35,658 bases of DNA, from NCBI GenBank assembly GCA_036229005.1, contig JAZAMN010000037.1:1-35658 (forward strand), in the 5' to 3' direction. This DNA comes from Myxococcota bacterium (GTDB lineage Bacteria; Myxococcota_A; UBA796; CAJQPC01). The notes under the pieces are model-generated. The model did not search any database. It was not told where the DNA came from and saw only the letters and a list, made by a program, of their open reading frames with translations. The position numbers and the translations under genes were made by a program. The stretch's first letter is position 1. Each line of letters begins with the position of its first letter. Shown here piece by piece: positions 25,434 to 35,658 of this stretch.

Positions 25434-27020
25434 ATGCTTGAGAACGCCGCGCCCCAAGAAGAGCAGATCACCGGCACCCACGGCGGCCCCTTCCGGGTCG
25501 TGCTGCTGACCATCTACTCGGTCGAGAACGCGGGCATCCGCTACATCTCGGCGGCCCTCAAGCGCGCTGGGTGCGAGGTCGACATCGTCTTCCTCCGCGA
25601 CTGGGTCCACAACCGCCTGGTCATGCCCACGGAGAAGGAGTTTGCCCTGATGCTGGACGTCATCCGGGACAAGGACCCGGATCTGGTCGGCGTCGGCTTC
25701 ATGTCCTCCCTGCTGCCCATGGCCAAAGAGGCCACCCGGCGCATCCAGACCGCCTTCCCCAGCAAGCCCATCATCTGGGGCGGCATCCACCCCACCTCCG
25801 TCCCGGACGAGTGCATCGACTTTGTCGACTACCTCTGCGTCGGCGAGGGCGAGATGGCCATCCTGGACCTCTGCCGCGCCCTGGGCAGCGGCGCCGACAC
25901 CACCGCCATCCCCAACATCTGGGCCAACGTCGCCGGCGAGATCCACCGCAACAGCCCCCGCCCCCTCATCCAGGACCTGGACTGGCTGCCCTACCCGGAC
26001 ACCGCCGACGAGAACAAGCACTACATCGAGGGCAACAAGGTCACGATCGAGGAGCCCTGGAAGCGCAGCGCGGAGTACCGCATCTACTTCTCGCGCGGCT
26101 GCCCCTACAACTGCAGCTACTGCTACGTCTCCATCCTGCGCGATGTCTACGACGAGAAGGGCCGCAAGTTCTACCGCTCGCGCTCCGTCGACCACATCCT
26201 CGGCGAGCTCGCCCACATGCAGCAGACCTTCCCCAAGGTCGCCCGCATCAAGATCGACGATGACACCTCCTTCTCCTTCGGCCCCGACTGGATGACGGAG
26301 TTCCTGGACCGCTACCCCAAGGAGTGCGGCATCCCCTTCGAGTGCATGCTCATCCCGCCCATGCTGCGCGAGGACATGCTCTACAAGCTCAAGGACGCCG
26401 GCCTCGTGCGCGTGCAGACCGGCATCGAGTCCGGCAGCTCCAAGGAGTCCAAGGAGATCCACAACCGCAGCCCGGGCAACACCGCCATCCTGCGCTTTGG
26501 GGAGTTCAACAAGGACCTCAAGATGGACATCGTCTACGACGTGATCGTGGACAACCCCCACGCCACCGAAGAGATGATGATGGAGACCGCCGAGTTCCTG
26601 CTGGAGCTCCCGCGCCCCTACTCCATCTACTTCTACAGCCTGAACTACTTCCCCGGCACCGCCCTCACCAACCAGGCCCTGGAGAACGGCACCCTGGACC
26701 CCGACCTGGTCGAGGGCCGCAACAACAAGGCCTGGCACCAGTTCCGCGTCTCCATGGACTGGCCCCGCTCCGACACCGAGCGCTTCTACCTGGCCATCTA
26801 CTCGCTGGCCTCCAAGGACCACGTCCCCCGCGCCTTCATCCGCAAGCTGCTCGACGAGCGCGAGTACTGGAAGCAGAACCTGGAGCCCGTCTTCTACCTG
26901 GCCTGGGTCGCCAACACCGCCCGCATGTTCAAGGTGGCCCTGCGCTACTGGCAGCGCGGCGAGCTGACCTGGTTCAAGATCCGCCAGTACGGCGATCTCC
27001 GCAAGATGATCTCCCAGTAG
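25434..27020 (+). CDS. Cobalamin-binding radical SAM enzyme
   Basis: B12 domain (GIRYISAALK, WGGIHPT, VGEGE), DLDWLPYPD, SRGCPYNCSYC (CxxxCxxC), GIESGS, FPGTAL; ATG at 25434 with AGGA RBS. Confidence 0.93.
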   Translation: MLENAAPQEEQITGTHGGPFRVVLLTIYSVENAGIRYISAALKRAGCEVDIVFLRDWVHNRLVMPTEKEFALMLDVIRDKDPDLVGVGFMSSLLPMAKEATRRIQTAFPSKPIIWGGIHPTSVPDECIDFVDYLCVGEGEMAILDLCRALGSGADTTAIPNIWANVAGEIHRNSPRPLIQDLDWLPYPDTADENKHYIEGNKVTIEEPWKRSAEYRIYFSRGCPYNCSYCYVSILRDVYDEKGRKFYRSRSVDHILGELAHMQQTFPKVARIKIDDDTSFSFGPDWMTEFLDRYPKECGIPFECMLIPPMLREDMLYKLKDAGLVRVQTGIESGSSKESKEIHNRSPGNTAILRFGEFNKDLKMDIVYDVIVDNPHATEEMMMETAEFLLELPRPYSIYFYSLNYFPGTALTNQALENGTLDPDLVEGRNNKAWHQFRVSMDWPRSDTERFYLAIYSLASKDHVPRAFIRKLLDEREYWKQNLEPVFYLAWVANTARMFKVALRYWQRGELTWFKIRQYGDLRKMISQ

Positions 27021-27029
27021 GGTTGCGCC

Positions 27030-27383
27030 ATGGGCATCCGCGACAACATCCGCTCCGTCATCGACAACCTCGGCCCGGCCCGCAAGCTGGCGGGGGAGTT
27101 CATCTCTTCGGTTCAGGAGGAGGGCTTCGACCTGCACGCGGTCATCAAGCCCACCGCTCCCCAGCAGCAGTCTGCCTCCCGCTCCTCGGCACCCAAGCCC
27201 GCCGGCGAGGACACCAGCAAGCCGACCAAGCCCGCCCCCAAGAAGGACGGCAAGGCTTGGTACCTGGACGGCCAGGAGGACCTGGACGGCTGGGAGGACA
27301 CCAACGCCAACGAAGCGAAGAAGGCCGAGGCCCGCGAGTCCGCCGCGCGTCACACCCAGGACGCCGCCCAGCAGCAGAGCTGA
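27030..27383 (+). CDS. Hypothetical protein
   Basis: Coding-like GC3; N-terminal helix, Pro/Lys/Ser-rich linker, WYLDGQEDLDGWEDTN motif. Confidence 0.65.
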   Translation: MGIRDNIRSVIDNLGPARKLAGEFISSVQEEGFDLHAVIKPTAPQQQSASRSSAPKPAGEDTSKPTKPAPKKDGKAWYLDGQEDLDGWEDTNANEAKKAEARESAARHTQDAAQQQS

Positions 27384-27449
27384 GAGTCTGCAAGAATCGC
27401 CGCCGCGCTCCCCACTGGAGCGTGATGGCCCCAGCCTCAAGGAGTGTGC

Positions 27450-27779
27450 ATGGCCTACGTGGTCGGCGAGCCCTGTGTGAACTGCAAGTACGGCGACTGC
27501 GTGGATGCCTGTCCGGTGGACTGCTTCTATCAGACGGACGACACGCTCTACATCAACCCCGCCGAGTGCATCGACTGCGACGCCTGCAAGCCCGAGTGCC
27601 CGGTGGACGCCATCTTCGTCGAGGACGAGGACCCCTTGTACGACGAGACGCAGTGCAAGCACGTCGCGCCCTACTACATCTGGATGGCCAAGAACTTCGA
27701 GTACGGCGACGACACGCGGGTCACCGACAAGACCGAGGTCGAGCACGGCCCGGACTGGGACCCCGAAGTCGCCGGTTGA
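27450..27779 (+). CDS. fdxA: Dicluster (7Fe-type) ferredoxin
   Basis: [26 protein letters not shown]...[32 protein letters not shown]. Confidence 0.92.
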   Translation: MAYVVGEPCVNCKYGDCVDACPVDCFYQTDDTLYINPAECIDCDACKPECPVDAIFVEDEDPLYDETQCKHVAPYYIWMAKNFEYGDDTRVTDKTEVEHGPDWDPEVAG

Positions 27780-27849
27780 TGTCAAGCCCTGATGCGCACC
27801 CCTTTAGGAGCGTGTAGGTTCCGGCATCTGACCAGCAGCAGGAGAGTGG

Positions 27850-28995
27850 ATGCGCGCGCGGATTGTGGTCTTGGGGATGGGCATGGCCCTCCCGGCAGTG
27901 GCTTTCGCCCAGCAGGGCATGGGGAGCATCGAGGTCGACGCAGGGGGCGCCAAGGGCGAGATCCTGATGGACGGCTTCCCCATGGGCGTCGACGCGCCCG
28001 GCACCCTGGAGAACGTGCCCGCAGGCGAGCACGCCCTCGAGGTCGAGTACGGCTGCATGAAGGCCACCGGCAGCGTCACTGTCGTCGCCAATGACACCGC
28101 CCAGGCCACCCTGGACGTCCAGAACGTCGGGGGCCAGGGCACCCTGCGCATGGGCGGCCTGCCCAGCAACGCCGAGGTGTTCGTGGACGGCGCGCCCGTG
28201 GCGAACATCGACCAGGGCGTCCAGGTGGCCTGCGGTGGCCGTCAGGTCCTGATCGAGGCCCCCGGCTTCGAGCCCTGGGAGGACACCGTCGTCGTGACCA
28301 CCGGCAAGTGGGCCCGCCTGGAGCCCGCCCTGGTCCAGGGCAGCATGGACACCGGGGCCGACCCCTTCGCCGAGGACCCCCGGGCCCAGGACGACTACGA
28401 CGACTACAGCGACGTCGACGATGAGCTGGCGGAGCTGGACGAGCTGGACGACCTGGACTCCCTGGACGGCGGCCGCGGCGGCCGGGACGAGTTCGATGAC
28501 CTGGACGCGCTCGACGAGTTCGACGACCTGGACGACCGGGGCGCCGGCCGCGACGAGTTCAGCGAGCTGGACGAGCTCGACGACCTGGACTCCGACCCCA
28601 TCCGGGGCGGCAGCGGCCGGGACGCGCGGGATCCCCGCGAGGGCTCCGGCAAGCCCTTCCCGACCCGCGGTGTGGTGACTGGCGCTGGCGCAGCGGTGGC
28701 CGTGACGGGCATCGCCCTGACCGCCGTCAACCAGGGCAGCTACAGCAACGCTGTGAGCGTGTACGAGGGCATGCAGGCCGCCAACCAGGCCGCCGCCGCC
28801 CAGCTCTACAACGCCACCGAGGTCACCCCGGCCAAGAACGCTCGGAACGCCTCCATCGCCCTGGCTGTGGCTGGCGCGGGGGTCGGCGCCGCTGGCTTCT
28901 TCCTGATCGAGCCCGCCTGGCAGGACGGCGCGGTGTCCTTCGTGCCCAACACCGGAGAGGGCGGCGGCACCTTGGTCCTGAGCGGCTCATTCTGA
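27850..28995 (+). CDS. Exported PEGA-domain protein with an acidic repeat linker and a hydrophobic C-terminal region
   Basis: Signal peptide ending in AFA; PEGA-like units (GSIEV..GEILMDG..G..P..LENVPAGEHALEV; AEVFVDG..IEAPGFEPW); D/E/L repeats; two Gly/Ala-rich hydrophobic helices; ends LVLSGSF. Confidence 0.75.
   Translation: MRARIVVLGMGMALPAVAFAQQGMGSIEVDAGGAKGEILMDGFPMGVDAPGTLENVPAGEHALEVEYGCMKATGSVTVVANDTAQATLDVQNVGGQGTLRMGGLPSNAEVFVDGAPVANIDQGVQVACGGRQVLIEAPGFEPWEDTVVVTTGKWARLEPALVQGSMDTGADPFAEDPRAQDDYDDYSDVDDELAELDELDDLDSLDGGRGGRDEFDDLDALDEFDDLDDRGAGRDEFSELDELDDLDSDPIRGGSGRDARDPREGSGKPFPTRGVVTGAGAAVAVTGIALTAVNQGSYSNAVSVYEGMQAANQAAAAQLYNATEVTPAKNARNASIALAVAGAGVGAAGFFLIEPAWQDGAVSFVPNTGEGGGTLVLSGSF
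28390..28596 (+). repeat. Intragenic acidic tandem repeats (DExxxLDxLDxxD units joined by GR)
   Basis: DELAELDELDDLDS, GRDEFDDLDALDEFDDLDD, GRDEFSELDELDDLDS; recurrent GACGAGCT/GACGACCTGGAC at DNA level. Confidence 0.8.
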
Positions 28996-29091
28996 GGCGA
29001 CCCTGACCAAGGTCGTTGGTCACGGCCAGCGGCTACAGGTTATGGGACTCGCCTGTACTGAAAAGCGTATTCAATAGCCAGGATGTGTCCC

Positions 29092-29625
29092 ATGCGCTCT
29101 GTTTCTCTTGTCGCCCTCGCCCTGACCGCCCTCGTCGCTTGTGGGAGCGAGCCCACGGAGGCCCCCAAGGAGGAGCCCGTCAAGACCGAGGCCCCCAAGG
29201 CAGAGGCCCCCAAGGAGGAGGCCCCCAAGGCCGAGGCTCGCGCTGAGATCAGCAACACGGTCGTTCTGGAAGCGAACGACATGATGCAGTTCAACCTCAA
29301 GGAGATCCACGTCAAGGCCGGCGAGCCCGTGACCCTGACCCTCAAGCACACGGGGACCATGGCCAAGGAGGCCATGGGTCACAACTTCGTCCTGCTCAAG
29401 GCCGGCGAGGACGTCGGCGCCTTCGCTCTCGCGAGCGCTTCGGCCAAGGACTCCGACTTCATCTCCCCCGACATGAAGGACAAGGTGATCGCCAACACCA
29501 CGCTCGTCGGCGGTGGTGAGTCGGTCGAGATCACCTTCGACGCGCCGGCGGCGGGCACCTACCCCTTCCTGTGCTCCTTCCCCGGCCACTACGCCATGAT
29601 GAAGGGTGAGTTCATCGTCCACTGA
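29092..29625 (+). CDS. azu: Lipid-anchored azurin (type 1 blue copper protein)
   Basis: LVAC lipobox, xEAPK linker repeats, ANDMMQFN, MGHNFVL (His) and FLCSFPGHYAMMKG (Cys, His, Met ligands). Confidence 0.9.
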   Translation: MRSVSLVALALTALVACGSEPTEAPKEEPVKTEAPKAEAPKEEAPKAEARAEISNTVVLEANDMMQFNLKEIHVKAGEPVTLTLKHTGTMAKEAMGHNFVLLKAGEDVGAFALASASAKDSDFISPDMKDKVIANTTLVGGGESVEITFDAPAAGTYPFLCSFPGHYAMMKGEFIVH

Positions 29626-29649
29626 GTGGGTCTGATCCTGCCCCCTTGG

Positions 29650-29677
29650 GACTCCGGGCGTAGCCCGGGGTCTTTTT
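29650..29677 (+). terminator. Intrinsic terminator after azurin
   Basis: GACTCCGGGC-GTA-GCCCGGGGTC stem followed by TTTTT. Confidence 0.8.
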
Positions 29678-29704
29678 CTTCCTTGTCCGTCTTGGAGTCG
29701 TCTC

Positions 29705-31822
29705 GTGGTTCTCTCGCTTCTTGTTTCCCTCGCTGCTGCTGACGAAGGCATGTGGCTGCCCGAACAGTTGCCCGGCATGTCCGAGCAGCTCGCCGAGATG
29801 GGCCTGGAGATCCCCGCCGAGCAGCTCGGCGACCCCAAGTCGGAGCCCCTGAGCGCCATCGTCTCGCTGGGCTTCTGCTCGGCCAGCTTCCTGAGCCCCG
29901 ATGGCCTCGTCGGCACCAACCATCACTGCGTTGCCGGCTACCTCAGCCAGGCAAGCGGTGCAGAACACAACTACGCGCGGGACGGTTTCCTCGCCTCTGA
30001 CCGCGCCAGCGAGATCTCCGCGGGCCCCGCAGCGCGCCTCTACGTCGTCGAGTCCATCACCGACGTCACCGAGGACGTGACCGGCGCCATCAAGCGCTTC
30101 ACCAAGGACGCCAAGCGCGAGCAGATCGTGACCAAGGCCCGCAAGCTGCTGGTCGCCGGCTGCGAGGCCCAGGCCAACCATAGCTGCGAGGTCGCCAGCT
30201 ACTACGGCGGCCAGCAGTACCGCCTGATCTCCAAGCTCGAGCTCCAGGACGTGCGCCTGGTCTACGCGCCCCCCGAGTCCGTGGGCAGCTACGGCGGCGA
30301 CATCGACAACTTCGAGTGGCCCCGCCACGCCGGCGACTTCGCGCTGATCCGCGCCTACGTCGCGCCCGACGGCAGCTCCGCCCCCTACGCTGAAGAGAAC
30401 GTCCCCTACAAGCCGGCCACGCACCTCAAGATCGACCCCACCGGCGCCCAGCCCGGCGAGTTCGTCATGGTCGCCGGCTACCCCGGCCGCACCTACCGCT
30501 ACCGCACCGCCCGGGAGATGCAGTTCGCGCAGGAGGTCAGCTACCCCTACAGCATCGCCCTGGCCCAGGACATGCTCGCCATCCTGCGGGAGCACTCCGC
30601 CTCCAGCGAGGACGCCAGCGGCCGCCTGAACTCCAGCATCGACCAGATCGCCAACGGCATGAAGTACCGCCAGGGCAACCTGGACAACTTCCAGAGCTCC
30701 GACGTGCTCTCCCGCAAGCAGGCCCAGTGGGCCGAGCTGACCGGCTGGATCGCCGCCGACCCCAAGCGCACCAAGACCTACGGCCCCGTGCTGGAGGAGC
30801 TCGACGCGCTGCAGGCCGAGTCCGAGCAGAGCTTCGAGGCCGACACCGCCCTGGGCTACCTCATCTGGATGAGCGATGGCCTGTGGGCCGCCCACCGCGC
30901 CTACCGCTTCGCCCTCGAGGCCGAGAAGCCCGATCTGGAGCGCGACCGCGGCTACCAGGATCGCGATCGTCCCCGCACCCTCCAGCGCCTGGACGCCATC
31001 GACAACACCCGCTGGGAGCCCGCCGATCGGGACCTCACCAAGCTGATGCTCGAGCGCATCCTGGCGCTGCCCGCCGACAAGCAGCCCGCCGGTCTGTCCG
31101 CCTGGGTCCAGGAGAAGGGAGGGCTGGAGGGTGCTCTGACTGCCCTCTACACCGCCGGGGCCTTCCCGGATGCTCAAACGCGCCGGAACTGGATGGAGCA
31201 GTCGAGGTCAGACTTTGCCAGCTCGGACAACCCCTGGATCGAGCTCGCGGTGCTGCTGGAGGACCAGACCCTGGCTCCCCAGCGGCAGGCCGACAAGGCC
31301 CGCGCCGGCGCCATGCTGCGCCTGCAGCCCCTCTACATGGAGGCGCTGCTCGACAGCCGGGATCAGGTCTACCCCGACGCCAACAGCACCCTGCGGGTGA
31401 CCGTGGGGCACGTCAAGGGATATTCCCCGAAGGACGCTGTGATCTACGCGCCGCAGACCACCGTTGCGGGCATGGTCGCCAAGAACGGGGAGGCGCCGTT
31501 CGACGCCCCGCAATTCCTGCTGGACGCCGCCCCCTCGGCCCCCCAGAGCCCCTGGGTGGACGCTGAGCTGGGGGACGTTCCTGTAGATTTCCTGACGACG
31601 CTGGATACCACCGGGGGCAACTCGGGATCTGCGACCTTGAACGGACGCGGCGAGCTCGTTGGCTTCATCTTCGACGGAAACTACGAGGCCATGAGCGCAG
31701 ACTGGCTCTTCGACCCCGCGCTGACTCGCAGCATCCACGTGGACATCCGCTATGTGATGTGGGTCCTCCACACCCAAGGCGCCGGCCACATCCTGGAGGA
31801 GCTCGGTCAGTCTCCGGACTGA
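29705..31822 (+). CDS. S46 family dipeptidyl peptidase (DPP7/DPP11/DAP BII-like)
   Basis: DEGMWLP, CSASF, TNHHC (His), GGDIDNFEWPRHAGDF (Asp), YPDANSTLR, DTTGGNSGS (Ser), FDGN. Confidence 0.95.
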   Translation: MVLSLLVSLAAADEGMWLPEQLPGMSEQLAEMGLEIPAEQLGDPKSEPLSAIVSLGFCSASFLSPDGLVGTNHHCVAGYLSQASGAEHNYARDGFLASDRASEISAGPAARLYVVESITDVTEDVTGAIKRFTKDAKREQIVTKARKLLVAGCEAQANHSCEVASYYGGQQYRLISKLELQDVRLVYAPPESVGSYGGDIDNFEWPRHAGDFALIRAYVAPDGSSAPYAEENVPYKPATHLKIDPTGAQPGEFVMVAGYPGRTYRYRTAREMQFAQEVSYPYSIALAQDMLAILREHSASSEDASGRLNSSIDQIANGMKYRQGNLDNFQSSDVLSRKQAQWAELTGWIAADPKRTKTYGPVLEELDALQAESEQSFEADTALGYLIWMSDGLWAAHRAYRFALEAEKPDLERDRGYQDRDRPRTLQRLDAIDNTRWEPADRDLTKLMLERILALPADKQPAGLSAWVQEKGGLEGALTALYTAGAFPDAQTRRNWMEQSRSDFASSDNPWIELAVLLEDQTLAPQRQADKARAGAMLRLQPLYMEALLDSRDQVYPDANSTLRVTVGHVKGYSPKDAVIYAPQTTVAGMVAKNGEAPFDAPQFLLDAAPSAPQSPWVDAELGDVPVDFLTTLDTTGGNSGSATLNGRGELVGFIFDGNYEAMSADWLFDPALTRSIHVDIRYVMWVLHTQGAGHILEELGQSPD

Positions 31823-31922
31823 GATCCGCGCAAGCTACTCGCAAGTAGCTTTCAACAGGTATCTGAACCGGCTTTGGGTTAGGGCCCTGCTGCCCTGAAA
31901 CTCCTGAAACGCCGGAGCAGAA

Positions 31923-32687
31923 ATGTCCTGGTTCACGAACCTCTACGCCAGCAGCATCGGCAAGAAGCTGGTCATGGCCGTCACCGGCCTGATCATCTTC
32001 GGCTTTGCTGTCGGACACATGTCCGGCAACCTGCTGATCTTCCTTGGCCCCGAGGTCTTCAACGACTACGCCCACACCCTCCAGACCAGCGGCCCGCTGC
32101 TCTGGGGGACCCGCATCGCGCTGCTGATCGCCTTCCCGGCGCACATCATCTCCGCGATCCAGCTCAAGCAGCAGAACAGCGCCGCGCGGCCCTCGGCCTA
32201 CGGCCAGTTCACCCCCAAGGCCTCCACCCTGTCCAGCCGGACCATGATCTACGGCGGCATGGTGCTGCTGGCCTTCATCGTCTACCACATCCTGCACTTC
32301 ACCCTGCGCGTGACCCAGCCTGGCCTGGACGCGATGACCACCCTGAACGGCGAAGAGGTCCACGACGCCTACGGCATGGTCGTGACCGGCTTCACCGCGG
32401 GTGCCATGGGCTGGGCCCACGTCGGCCTCTACGTGGCCGCGATGGTCGCCCTGGGACTGCACCTCTACCACGGCGCCTGGAGCGCCCTGCAGAGCCTGGG
32501 GCTGAACCACCCCAACTACAACGCGCTGCGCAAGCAGGCGGCCGCGGCCTTCGCGTTCATCGTGGCCATCGGCTTCTCCCTGGGGCCCATCCTGACCGCT
32601 GTCGGCGTGACCGAGTCCCTGGGCGAGGCCTTCGCGCAGGAGCAGGTCGAGCAGGCCGCCCCCACCACCGCAACGGCTGAGAGGTAG
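31923..32687 (+). CDS. sdhC: Succinate dehydrogenase/fumarate reductase cytochrome b558 subunit
   Basis: [48 protein letters not shown]; five TMs. Confidence 0.95.
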   Translation: MSWFTNLYASSIGKKLVMAVTGLIIFGFAVGHMSGNLLIFLGPEVFNDYAHTLQTSGPLLWGTRIALLIAFPAHIISAIQLKQQNSAARPSAYGQFTPKASTLSSRTMIYGGMVLLAFIVYHILHFTLRVTQPGLDAMTTLNGEEVHDAYGMVVTGFTAGAMGWAHVGLYVAAMVALGLHLYHGAWSALQSLGLNHPNYNALRKQAAAAFAFIVAIGFSLGPILTAVGVTESLGEAFAQEQVEQAAPTTATAER

Positions 32688-32689
32688 TC

Positions 32690-34618
<1,929 letters not shown>

Positions 34619-34630
34619 GGAGCCCCGAAC

Positions 34631-35374
34631 ATGAACCTCACCCTCAAAGTGTGGCGCCAGACTGGCCAAGGCCAGGGCAGCTTCGAGACCTACGAGGCCA
34701 AGGACATCTCCTCGGACGCCTCCTTCCTGGAGATGCTGGACGTCGTGAACGACCAGCTCGAGTCCGAGGGCAAGGAGCCCATCGCCTTTGACCACGACTG
34801 TCGCGAGGGCATCTGCGGTGCCTGCGGCTTCCTGGTCAACGGCGTGGCCCATGGTCCTGAGACCGGCACCACCATCTGCCAGACGCACATGCGCAAGTTC
34901 AAGGACGGCGAGACCCTCACCGTCGAGCCTTGGCGTGCCAAGGCCTTCCCCGTCATCAAGGACCTGATGGTGGACCGGACGGCCTTCGACAAGATCATCC
35001 AGTCCGGCGGCTACATCAGCGTCCGCACCGGCTCTGCCCCCGATGCGCACACCATGCCCATCAACAAGGCTGAGTCGGACATGTCCTTCGACGCCGCGGC
35101 CTGCATCGGCTGCGGCGCCTGTGTGGCTGCCTGTCCGAACGCTGCGGCGATGCTCTTCACCTCCGCCAAGGTCAGCCACCTGGGGCTCACCCCCCAGGGT
35201 GAGGTCGAGCGCCTCGAGCGCGCCTCCGCCATGGTCGACACCATGGAGGAGGAGGGCTTCGGTGCTTGCACCAACCACGGCGAGTGCGAGGCTGTCTGCC
35301 CGAAGGAGATCTCGGTCAACTTCATCGCGCGGCTGAACCGGGACCTGATGGTGGCCAAGCTCAAGGGGTTGTAG
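34631..35374 (+). CDS. sdhB: Succinate dehydrogenase/fumarate reductase iron-sulfur subunit
   Basis: [44 protein letters not shown]. Confidence 0.97.
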   Translation: MNLTLKVWRQTGQGQGSFETYEAKDISSDASFLEMLDVVNDQLESEGKEPIAFDHDCREGICGACGFLVNGVAHGPETGTTICQTHMRKFKDGETLTVEPWRAKAFPVIKDLMVDRTAFDKIIQSGGYISVRTGSAPDAHTMPINKAESDMSFDAAACIGCGACVAACPNAAAMLFTSAKVSHLGLTPQGEVERLERASAMVDTMEEEGFGACTNHGECEAVCPKEISVNFIARLNRDLMVAKLKGL

Positions 35375-35658
35375 TTCTTTGGCCTTGGGCTGCCCCTGCG
35401 GGGCGGTCCAAGGCCGGCAGAACTACAATCGTTTTCTCCGGGGGGAGACCCCCCGGAAGCGGGCCTTCGGCCCGGCCGACGAAGGGGCGCCCGCTTGGGC
35501 GCCCCTTCTGTCGTTTGCCCCCCCGGGCTGCGCAGCAGCCCGAGCTCCTGCCGGAGATGTCCCGAGCAAGTCGGGCCGGCAGGAGGGTTCTTTCCGCGGG
35601 CCCCTGCGGGGTCGTCCAAGCTCGGCAGAACTACAACTTGTCTTCTCCGGGGGGAGAC
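35369..35658. repeat. Hairpin-dense intergenic repeat with a ~58-bp block repeated at a 208-bp period; runs off the window end
   Basis: GCCCCTGCGGGG..GTCCAAG..CGGCAGAACTACAA...TTCTCCGGGGGGAGAC at 35392-35449 and 35600-35658; six consecutive stem-loops between 35369 and 35585. Confidence 0.85.

Overview
High-GC bacterial chromosomal segment with about 31 CDSs. The gene mix (MopE-type Cys/Asp repeat lipoprotein, PEGA protein, three-subunit SdhCAB, S46 peptidase) suggests Myxococcota or a relative; that assignment is inference. In order: a 5'-open uncharacterised protein with a minimal subtilase; an SLC12/CCC-type transporter; a metallophosphoesterase; dapC-dapD; ohr-ohrR; a Septu-like ATPase+HNH pair with no reverse transcriptase; a repeat lipoprotein; a GT-C glycosyltransferase, rhomboid, EF-hand protein and heme-oxygenase-like protein; a divergent sulfur module (SulP and persulfide dioxygenase-rhodanese on one side; 4Fe-4S/NrfD fusion, Tat-less molybdopterin oxidoreductase and TorD-like chaperone on the other); kptA; a B12 radical SAM enzyme and ferredoxin; a PEGA protein; lipidated azurin; an S46 peptidase; sdhCAB. 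No rRNA, tRNA, CRISPR or transposase was recognised. The most notable signals are: (i) the sulfur module, a candidate cytoplasm-facing sulfur/sulfite-quinone system; (ii) a ~300-bp palindromic element of 4+3 copies of a 22-bp unit at an exact 31-bp period, which supplies the stop codons of both flanking genes; (iii) the amphipathic-insert protein plus mini-subtilase pair; (iv) a hairpin-dense 208-bp-period repeat after sdhB. All calls come from motif reading; no database searches were run.
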